Shown here piece by piece: positions 11,029 to 20,413 of a stretch of DNA of 64,000 nucleotides (its first letter is position 1; every line of letters starts with the position of its first letter). The notes beneath the pieces are model-generated. The model was not told the DNA's origin. It made no database searches and saw only the letters and a list, made by a program, of their open reading frames with translations. The stretch is from Macrostomum hystrix (taxonomy: Eukaryota; Animalia; Platyhelminthes), in NCBI GenBank assembly GCA_950097015.1, contig CATNEN010000038.1, positions 11,718,001 through 11,782,000 of the forward strand, read 5' to 3'. Made by a program: the position numbers and the translations under genes.

Positions 11029-14000
11029 TACCTGCTTTTCTGTCTGCCTGCCACATTGTTTATCTGTCTGCCTGTCTGTCTGTCTGCCGGCTCGCCTGTC
11101 TGCCTGCTTGCCTGTCTGGCTGCCTGTACCGATTCACCGATGTTTAAGCCTGCTTGTAGTACTCGTTTAAAAACTAATTCCGGCCTAATTACAGATGCAC
11201 CTGGCAATAATGAGCAAAATCGGTCTGGTTGGTCACAGCTTGTCTCTGGCTACGCTACTAATTGCTATAGTCATTTTAGCCAGTTTCAGGTAAATATCAA
11301 GCAAAAATTTGCACACTACTACAAGTAATACACATCAGCAAATAAAACTAGTTTTCAACATTCAGACGCCTGCACTGCCGACGAAATTGCATTCACATCA
11401 ATCTGTACACAGCATTCGGTTTGAGAGCAATCAGTCATTTCGTTAATCGCGCTTTGCCGTCCAACAATGCGGTATGTTTCAAACACTAAAATATTGATTT
11501 CTACCATAGACTTTGATCGGCGTCTAGAAATTCATCCATTTTCGCGGACTCCATTTACTCGTAGTATTTTGATGGCTCTTTAACTAAAAAATCGCCTTAG
11601 TCTATGGTATAAACCATCCAAATTTGATGAGCAGAAATAGCTAATAGTCTATGGTAAAGCCTTGATGTCTATGTTTGAGGTCTTGGTTCTCACCAAAAAC
11701 GTATGTGAGAATAACATAAAATCTAATAATAATACTATAAATATTTGTTTTCAACCTCAGACTCTGATGTGCCGTCTGAACCAATCGCTGATGACTTTCA
11801 CCGTAATTGGCAGCTTCACGTGGGTGTTCGTGGAGGCGCTACACCTGTACATGCTAATATTTGTCAACGCAATGAGCGAAGAGAGGCTTTCAACCGCGGC
11901 CTACATTGGGATCGGCTGGGGTTGGTGCCGAAAACTGCTCTCAATTTTGATCAAAAAGTATTTTACTATGTAAAATGTCACAGTCAAACCTAACTCGAAT
12001 ATTTTACTAGGCCTAACCTGCACAGTTACTGCGGCCTGGGTTCTTCTGCGTCTTCTGCTTGACAACAGAAACTGCTGGCGAGAGTACCGACCGCTTGGGC
12101 CTGACATCTGGTTATTGAACGTTTATCTGGCGCTCCTAGTGGTGGTGAGAAATTGGACGCTCTGCGTTTGAGAATCTGGAGACAGGGGGTGAGAGACATG
12201 GATGAGAGACAGGGGGTGAGAGACAGGGGGTGAGAGACATGGATGAGAGACAGGGGGTGAGAGACATGGATGAGAGACAGGGGGTGAGAGACAGGGGGTG
12301 AGAGACAGGGGTGAGGAAGGGGCGAGTGGGTCAGCGGCTAACGTCGCTGCCTCGCACTCCAAAGGACGCTAGTTCGATTCACCCTTCAAGTCACGATTAA
12401 TTTCGGGACTTGTTGGGGGGGGAATGGACAGTAGCGACCGGCGGAGGTGCACCATATTTCGTGCAATCAAAGCTTGAAATAATAGCTTCGCTCCTACCTT
12501 CTGTGTGCCTGTTCTGCGTTGTACGAGCGTATGAGTTTGTGCGTTGGCGCTGGTGCGTTAGACCTTGCGGGGGGTGGCTGGAGGGCGGATGTACACCGCC
12601 GCGCGCTCTCTGGAATTCCGTCAGCGCGATTGGATAAGTGTACACTCATCACCCGGCCCCCCCTGAGGACTGATTTCTTATCAGCCTTCCGCCCCGGCTT
12701 GGTCTGCTCTGTGCGTGTGGGGCGGGGGTGGGGGACATTGCTGCCTATTCTGGGTGCCTCCTGCCCTCCCCGGCTGGTCTGTGCTGCTGTATGTGGTGCC
12801 TGCTCAGGGGAGGCGGCGCGATGGGCGCTAAAGCGCCTAGTTCGCCGGTCTGGGGGCGTGCCGCTCCGTCGCTTGTGCGACAAGTGCCCCGGGCCCCCCT
12901 GCAGATAGATAGATAGACAGGGGTGAGAGACAGGGGTGGGAGACAGGGGTGAGAGACAGGGGTGAGAGACAGGGGTGGGAGACGGGGGGTGAGAGAGAGG
13001 GGTGAGAGACAGGGGTGAGAGACGGGGGGTGAGAGACAGGGGTGAGAGACGGGGGGTGAGAGACAGGGGTGGGAGACGGGGGGTGAGAGACAGGGGGTGA
13101 GAGACATGGATGAGAGACAGGGGTGAGAGACAGGGCGTGAGAGTCGAGGTGGCTGTGCTGGACACATCGAACAGCCAGATGACCTTCATGCCTCTTTCAA
13201 GCTGAACGCGGTTCTATTCGCCAAGATAGTTCGCGAACTGTTCATCAAACTGAAGCGCCAGTCGGCCAGTGACGTCTCCACAATGCAGCCTTATGTGTGA
13301 GTACACAACTTACAGTAACAAACGCTGGAAAATAATTAATCTAAAGATGCTGTGTTGTTCATTTTAGGAAGCTGTGGAAGTCCACCTGCCTTCTAATCTT
13401 AGTGTTTGGAATCTATTACATCATCTTCCTGCCCGTTGCCATGGTGCCCAAGGATCGACTGGGCGAGACGCTGGACATTGTGCACTTGTATTATGAGCAT
13501 TTCTTCAATTCATTTCAGGTTAGCAAATGGGCCTATGACAATTAGCTGGTGTGTTTGCTTAACTCTGTTGGCAGTCGAACATCTTCGGGATATTCAGTGA
13601 TTATTGTCGGAGACCCTGGTGAAAGGGACAACAAACATGGCTCTGTATAAACCTCATTGGCAAATCCATAAAAAATTTACTTTTATCAATCCAAAACAGT
13701 CATCAATGACAGCCGACACGATTACATTATGAAATTTTGTGAGCAGAAAAATTATGCCTATATTTGAGATTCCTGCCACCAGACGGTCCATCAAGAATCG
13801 TTGAATATCTCGTTGTTGTCCTTTGAGTCCTTTGGTAACTGACTATGTACCGCGAGACACGAACGCGTTTTCCCTTCAGGGCTTCTTCGCCGCCCTGCTA
13901 TTCTGCTTCGTCAATTCGGACGTGCGTCACGAGCTGCACCGGCAGGCGAGGAAGCTGCAGCTGGCAGCCTGGCTCGCCCCGGGCAACAGCCGGCGACGGG

Positions 14001-14209
14001 TGGCAACAAAGAGCCGAGCAAACAGCCGCAACAATGGCAGCCACGGAAACGATAACAGCGGCGGCAGTCAGAGTGCACTTCGGGCTGACTGGTCGCAGGT
14101 GCGAGTAGCGCGCCGTCGAGGTCAAGAGGAGCGTCGGCAGGGCCAGCCGTTGTCAAGGACGCGTTGCGCCAGCGATGGAATAGAGACTCAGGAGGTTTGT
14201 AGAGTCTGA
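7901..14209 (+). CDS. Class B1 (secretin-family) GPCR, PTH-receptor-like, with two tandem hormone-binding domains (about 628 aa, 10 exons)
   Basis: GT-AG, frame-consistent exons: 7901-7960 (signal peptide MASYECSSLAIIILIICASL), 9585-9971 (ECD1), 10517-10885 (ECD2), 11195-11289 (TM1 GHSLSL..FR), 11366-11471 (RLHCRRNCIHINL), 11761-11920 (WVFVEALHL..IGWG), 12011-12144, 13202-13296, 13368-13518 (KSTCLLILVFGIYY..FFNSFQ), 13880-14209 (GFFAALLFCFVNSDV). Confidence 0.9.
8191..8724. repeat. (GACA)/(GGCA) compound microsatellite in GPCR intron 1
   Basis: Seen directly; source of the RQTD/LSVC ORFs. Confidence 0.97.
10010..10290 (+). mobile_element. tRNA-derived SINE family A copy (between the two ECD exons)
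   Basis: A-box-like TGGCAGACCG and B-box-like GCTCGATACC. Body GGGGCGCAGCCGCGGAGAGAAGGCT...GGCAGAATTGCC is shared with copies at 40394, 43300(-) and 51367. Confidence 0.85.
10890..11125. repeat. (TGCC)/(TGTC) microsatellite in GPCR intron 3
   Basis: Seen directly; reverse complement of the 8191-8724 array. Confidence 0.95.
12178..13142. repeat. GAGAGACAGGGG(G)T minisatellite in GPCR intron 7, split by an insertion
   Basis: Array blocks at 12178-12315 and 12915-13142. Confidence 0.9.
12318..12916 (+). mobile_element. GC-rich SINE-like insertion with tRNA-like head and (AGAT)n tail
   Basis: Head GGGCGAGTGGGTCAGCGGCTAACG...GTTCGATTC; 3' hairpin GTCGC-TTGT-GCGAC; tail AGATAGATAGATAG. Single copy in the window. 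Confidence 0.55.
13570..13815 (+). repeat. Dispersed repeat of about 250 bp, copy 1 (GPCR last intron)
   Basis: Reverse-complement similarity to 15583-15855, e.g. TTTTGTGAGCAGAAAAATTATGCCTATATT, GACCCTGGTGA, AGAATCGTTGAATATCTCG. Confidence 0.8.
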
Positions 14210-14329
14210 AGCTAGCTACATGCACAGTGTGGCATCTAAACAGAAGAGTCCTTTTTGAAAATAACTAAATAGTCGAGTTGAGAATGAAGTCCAGTTTATG
14301 AATTTACTAAACTTATACACTCTCAGTTA

Positions 14330-14400
14330 TGGGGCAGAGCGGTTTACGCGTTCGCCTATCGCGCCAAGGTCCCTAAGTTCGATTCTGCGAAGAGGCCAAA
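14330..14400 (+). mobile_element. SINE family A, head-only fragment
   Basis: GGCAGAGCGGTTTACGCGTTCGCCTATCGCGCCAAGGTCCCTAAGTTCGATTC matches the family A heads. Confidence 0.7.
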
Positions 14401-15582
14401 CTTCGATTTGGGTATTAGAAGCTTTGTCAAACAGTTTGACGAAAATCCCATAAACCGGCAAGGAACAGCATCCGAGTAGGGGCCTAAGCCATAGACACAG
14501 AATATCTAATATCCAGATTGGGGCCGCCAAGCATTCCAAGCTAGTTTTACCATAGACAATGGCTAGGCCCAATAATACACGGATTAGATAGGCAACTGGC
14601 CGGGCAAAGCCATAGATCGTTTATTCCCGATGCGATCTATATGGGCTAAGCTGGGGATTAAACTTGGGTATGTGTGGCGCCATCAAAATAGGGATAAAAA
14701 CGTGGCCCTATTTATATGGAATAACAAGTGATATTCTATTTCTAAGACTAGAGCATAAAAATTGCAGATCTTCGAGTGTGTACCACTGCAGCGCATCACA
14801 TCAGCGGGGCTCAATGGTCTCCGGGAGTCGGAGCAAAGTCCGGACAGACAAGCGTGACCGCGGCCTCGACGAGGTTGACTTCCGCGACAAAACGCGTCAA
14901 CAGTGCGCTTCGGTTTACACTGAACAATTCCATCCCAATATGCTTCGTCTATTCGTATATCGACGTCAGATGCATCCTGTCTTAAAATTTTTTCCACGAG
15001 ATAATCTCGTAAAGGACAATCAATTGAATAAGTTCGCTCGTTAATAAGACATAAAAACTGACGCATGACGTCGCAGTCGTTAAAATCTATTTGTTAAAAA
15101 CAAGAATTTATATGGTTCCAATAATAATATTAATGAATCGTTGCGTTTTTCAAGTCTTCTGATAGCATATGAGTGAAACAATTGATGTTGTAAAAGAGAT
15201 GACTATAATTCAGTGTGGGAGGCATCACCAGCAGCTATTACATTAGTAATGGGCTTGACAGCGTTGCCATTTATGACAGGCAGCATCAGTTCTACAATCA
15301 ATTATTCTACCTGTACACTAGACTGAACTGCGAGACCCACTGAAATACTAAAAAATTCTCATTCTTCTCATCCAATCCTCCCGCACCGTCGCAAATCAAA
15401 CGAAGCAATTAAAAGCATATAAGCATAACAGTAGTGAGACCACGGGAGGTTATTTCAAATACCAAGTATTTCTTTTTTTCTCCCAAAATGTTCAACGAAT
15501 CGCGGTGAAAATTACAAACCCGGGCTAAAATATTTCGCTTTGTCCGATGAAACAACTTCCAGAATCACAAAACATCGATATC

Positions 15583-15855
15583 GTCGAGATATTCAACGAT
15601 TCTCAACGGCGTATCTGGTGACAAAACCACTAATATAGGCATAATTTTTTTCTGCTCACAAAACTTCACTATATGACCATGTCGGCTACTATTTTTTACT
15701 ATTTTGGATTGATTTCGTGCTAATTTGTTAAGTTGTTTTTATTATTTTTGAACCAATTATGGATTCGCTAAAGAGGCTTATACAGAACATTGTTAGTTGC
15801 CCTCGTCACCAGGGTCTTCGGCAAGAACCACTGAAAATCTCGACGATGCTGACTC
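15583..15855 (-). repeat. Dispersed repeat of about 250 bp, copy 2 (inverted)
   Basis: AATATAGGCATAATTTTTTTCTGCTCACAAAA and TCACCAGGGTC are the reverse complement of 13570-13815. Confidence 0.8.
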
Positions 15856-16493
15856 GGACGTCGTTGAAAGTTAGTTCATAATTAAGGGCGGAACATTTTG
15901 ATCCATATGATGTACTTTTACGAAAGTCGGTCATTCGATTTGGTAGCTATCGTGAAGTGTAGGCAGTGGGTATTTCAAATATTTCAAATTGCAAATCGAA
16001 TGTGCACATTGATCGTCAGATTAAAAAGCTGGACTGTTTTAATACAAGGTGCACGCAAATTATCTGCGACGAGATGAGTGCCAACCCCAAAGGCTGCGGG
16101 GAGGCTGTTGCCAAAGGATGCCAGTTACCCCTGCCAAAATTATTACAATTATTAATTAGCCCAGGCATCTTGGCAAGTACTTTAAGAAGACCCTATGGAG
16201 AAGTTCCAGCCGCAGTTATAGCGCTTTAGTCCACATCGAATTTGTCTCCTTCATGCAGCAAAATAAATTCCCTGAAACTCCGACTCAAGCCTGAGATTGA
16301 GCTCAAGGCAGGTGAGAAATGAGGATTAAATTAGGAGCGTAGAAGATGGCCAAACCAAATCAATACATGTGCAGTAGGATACTACATGTGAGCTCCTGAC
16401 TCCTCATTGGCCATTGTTTTGAGGCGCTCAGCTCAGTTATGCTTGAGATTTTGAGAATGCTTTTTTATAAAGCCGGGAATAGTTTAGGGAAGA

Positions 16494-17246
16494 ATGAAAA
16501 GCAAAATAATGAGAGCCGCCGTGTCCACACTGGCCCTGATGGCCACAGTTGCTTCTGCAGCAGCGAGCAGTTTCTCAGAGGTGATCAGCTCATTGTGCAT
16601 CGCCAGCGACTTCACCGAGACGCACCAGGAGGCTCAGAGCCAGAGGCACTGCGCTCAGCTGTGCGACGAGCGAGACCGCTGCCAAGCGTTCAGCGTGTCG
16701 GACGGCCCGTGTCGGCTGTTCGTGTTCGACCGGTGCAGCAAGTACGTTAGAGCCTCGTGCAGCTGCAGCCGCAAAGGCTCCGTATTTGTTAAGAGGCAGC
16801 CGGGACTACCCGAGGGTGCACTATGCCCCGATGGATTCGGAGACAGCTTCTGTGGCATCAGATACAAGCTGCTCGCCGGCCTCCCCAACTGGTACTCTGG
16901 CAAGACAGCGATCGAATCGTTGCCCGGCTTGGTCATCATGGCCGACGTGACGGACATGACCGAAATGGTGCACCTCAGGAACCTGACACTGAAGTACAGC
17001 TGGTCCGATGTCATGCTGGGCGGTCGCCAACTGGCAGGCAGCGCTGAGCCGGCCGGGGGTTGGTTCTGGTCTGCCTGCAACATCTCACTCACTGCCAACC
17101 TGTGGAGTTCAGGCGAGCCGTCGAACTCGGACGGCGGCGAAAACATTCTGGCTCTGAAGCTTACTCTGAGTCGGCTCAACGACGCTGGGGAAAATTTTAA
17201 TAGCTATACTGGGGCTCTCGCAGAGTGCGTCTCACCGTTTGACTAG
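16494..17246 (+). CDS. Secreted PAN/Apple + C-type lectin-like protein (250 aa, single exon)
   Basis: Signal peptide; CAQLC...CQAF...CRLF PAN pattern; MLGG...WFWS...WSSGEPSN...LND...AEC CTLD pattern; TATAAA about 25 bp upstream of the ATG. Confidence 0.85.
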   Translation: MKSKIMRAAVSTLALMATVASAAASSFSEVISSLCIASDFTETHQEAQSQRHCAQLCDERDRCQAFSVSDGPCRLFVFDRCSKYVRASCSCSRKGSVFVKRQPGLPEGALCPDGFGDSFCGIRYKLLAGLPNWYSGKTAIESLPGLVIMADVTDMTEMVHLRNLTLKYSWSDVMLGGRQLAGSAEPAGGWFWSACNISLTANLWSSGEPSNSDGGENILALKLTLSRLNDAGENFNSYTGALAECVSPFD

Positions 17247-18801
17247 GTGATTATACATTATATTATAATTACAGGAGGGCTGCGGGCAATGGCAAATCAT
17301 TGCCATTGCCATCATCATTCCGAGGCTGAGTTGCTTTGACTGTCCCGAGAGCTAATTTAAGCAAGTTTTTGCTTTGCCAAGCAGTGTGTATGTGCAGTTG
17401 TGTGTTACTATGTCCCGTCTTTACCATTTTTTATCATGTAATAAAAATAGCTTTACTCCTGAACTTGCACTGCTCGTTACTCAGAGTAAAAATACTAAAG
17501 TTTTTCAAAAAAAATTCTGGCACTTTTTGTTTCCGAAAACAAATAGCTGACTTGTTGTTTCCTGAAAACTTTTTAAATCCGAAAAATCCTAATTCTAAAA
17601 TAAATATCTTGAGTTGATTATCTTGACTAAGAACAGGAAGTAGAAATAAAAATGTCACATTGTTTTTTTATTTGCCTTTTGCTCAGAGGGAAAAATTTAT
17701 TCAACCAGCTGACGGATACTAAATGCTTCTGTAAACGTTAAAGAAAACACCTTAGTGTTTCCGGACGGTAATTGTTCTTCTAGTCACTAATACCAATTCA
17801 AAAATTGTTTTTACTCGTATTAGCGTATCAAATAAAAATATAACTTATTTTATTAAGTTACTACATATTATGAACTTTAAATATTATATTATTGCTGAAT
17901 TTTTGTGAGCTACGTGAAGTACATTACCAGCAAGTGCTATTGAATATGAATAAAGGTTTAATATAAACAAAATGACATTCTAGTCACATGTACAAGTATA
18001 TGTTGCGCTGCTAAATGTCAGTAAAGTTGTATCGAACCATGGACCTCCGATAACTGTATCCGATATCTGGCCAAAACCCTGGTTCTCATTTGACAATTGT
18101 TTAAAAAGGGTTGCTGATGCGGGCTTGATTTTCTAGCTGGAAATTCAATAAATGTTTATCCATTGTTTGACACCAAGCTTGTTGGAAACGCTTAATCCAT
18201 TCGCACTCTATATGAAATATTCCCCTTATTTTTGGACAGCCTCGTACTTCCAATATTAACTCAGACTGCTATTTATCCGTTTGTCCTTTTACCAGCTCAA
18301 GATACGAGTGCAATGATAAACCAACCAGTTGAATCTGATCTTGACAACTGGAATTAAAACGACCTAAACTTGTCGGATTTCGAATAGGAAGAACGCATTT
18401 TATGGCAACCTCGTTTTGAAATTTGATTTTTTGTGCCTTTATTTTTAGCGGTTGGCAACTATTTCGAACTCATGCAAGCTCATGATCGAAATATGAAATA
18501 GAAGACGCAATTTTAAGAATATTTCACTCTTATTAGAAAGTTTAACATTGTGACTAGAGACAAAAACATGTGGAGGCGACGACTCAAGAAGAGATTTGAG
18601 CACAACTGTTCGGACCAACAGGAAATTGCGTTCTCAAATATTTGAAGTACAGCTCTAGAGAAGCAAATTTTTAGCAGGTGCAGGAAGTGGACTCCCAAAG
18701 GCTAGGGTGGGTCTGATTCTTATAAATGTCAACTAATGCAGCGAAAAGACAGCCAGTTGAATTAGACCTTCAAAATATTTGCAGAATTGAATCAAGAAGA
18801 C

Positions 18802-19752
18802 ATGCTGCAGCATCACAAACTGCTGCCCTGTCTGTCAGCACTGCTGCTTCTAGCTGTAGCTGTGAAACAGACAGACGCACAAATTGACGTCCGCACCTGC
18901 ATCGCCAGCGCGACCTGCGACGATTGCATGACTTGCTTGCGTGCCTTCACCCTAGAGCGCTTGACAATCTTCTGCGAACAGGTGCCATCCAGTTTAAGTT
19001 GCACCAGTGAAAGTGGCAGGGCGTCCTATCGGGAAGCACTCGAGAACAACATCAAGCCATTATGCTTTGCAAAGGGCTCCTGCGGTGGAGAAATAACTAC
19101 AACTACCGAGGCCGCAACGACGACGACAACTACCGAGGCCCCGACGACTACTACAACCGAGGCCCCGACGACTACTACAACCGAGGCCCCGACGACGACG
19201 ACTACTACAACCGAGGCCCCGACGACGACGACTACTACAACCGAGGCCCCGACGACCACCGAGGCCCCAACTACAACAACAACCACTGAGGCCCCGACAA
19301 CTACGAAGGCAACCACGACCACTGACGCTCCAGAAACGACAACAACGAGAAAACCTCAAACCACAACAAAGAGGCCGCCAACAACCACAACAAAGAGGCC
19401 GCCAACAACCACAACAAAGAGGCCACCAACGTCTACAACAAAAAAACCGGAACCGCCGAAATGTGACTGGTATTGTCCACATGGTCGACGCGGCCGAAAC
19501 TGCAGACGCCGACGACGCCGCTGTCGGCGCCGACATCAGCTGCCAAAGCCGCAGGTTAAGCCGCCGAATGAATTTATTCAGCAGCTGCTTAACAAGCTAG
19601 CCGAATGGTTGCAACAGCGTAACCTGAGCCTGGACGACCTGCGTCTGATTCTCGAATTAGACAACAGCGGCAACATTGACGACGATGGATACTTTGAGGA
19701 CGACCAAGAATTAGACATCAACGCTGGCAACGGCCGGGGATGGCCGAAGTGA
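18802..19752 (+). CDS. Secreted mucin-like protein: 8-Cys N-domain, Thr-rich stalk, Arg/Cys patch, acidic C-terminus
   Basis: First ATG at 18802 followed by a signal peptide (LSALLLLAVAV..TDA); TTTEAP and TTTKRPP repeats; TATAAAT at 18721; AATAAA near 19900. Confidence 0.85.
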   Translation: MLQHHKLLPCLSALLLLAVAVKQTDAQIDVRTCIASATCDDCMTCLRAFTLERLTIFCEQVPSSLSCTSESGRASYREALENNIKPLCFAKGSCGGEITTTTEAATTTTTTEAPTTTTTEAPTTTTTEAPTTTTTTTEAPTTTTTTTEAPTTTEAPTTTTTTEAPTTTKATTTTDAPETTTTRKPQTTTKRPPTTTTKRPPTTTTKRPPTSTTKKPEPPKCDWYCPHGRRGRNCRRRRRRCRRRHQLPKPQVKPPNEFIQQLLNKLAEWLQQRNLSLDDLRLILELDNSGNIDDDGYFEDDQELDINAGNGRGWPK

Positions 19753-20413
19753 ACAATTGTACTGATATTTGGACGACGGTTCTTGCTTTAGAAAAAAAGG
19801 CTTCCCCAGTCTTCTCGATGCCAGTTTCTTTGGTGGCTGCTCTATTTTCACAATATCTAAATTACCGGAATGTGTAAAACCTTGATTTGACGAAATCCAA
19901 ATAAACAATTATATAAGGCAGAGATTTTTTGGCTGGGTCTTTTTTAAGTCATTTAAACTCGAAGCAATAATTTAATTTAACGATCTGAGACACGGTTAGT
20001 AAATGTCTACTTACTAGAACACGAAAATGCTGAACTTTTATATTTTCGTAGCAAAAACAGAACAGCGCAAGCTGAAATGTAGAATGTAGCCTTGAGTGTG
20101 GAAACTGAGTAGACAACTCCCAGCCAAACAACCACTTTCTGGACCAGTATGTACTCGTATTTAGCTGAAACTTCTGTTTCTGCCAGTTTTAGCTACGGAG
20201 CTGCGTTCAAATCTAAACTCGAAAAGTATTGATGTAACTTCTTGGCCCTTAAAAATGTGTGGTTTATTCAACAGGTGTCGCTACAAACAAATTAAATTTC
20301 TTGAAAAGCATCACAACTTTTAGAGTTTAGGTTTTAACAAAAATCAAATTTTGGCGGGGAGTTGTCTCCACGGATGCAATTTTTAGAGTTCAATGATTAT
20401 CACTGCACAACAG

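Noticed and set aside
12411-12903. Solo LTR (TG...CA)
   Set aside because: No TSD; the tRNA-like head and simple-repeat tail fit a SINE better.
14664-15066. 126/127-aa overlapping ORFs
   Set aside because: No recognisable motifs or splice context.
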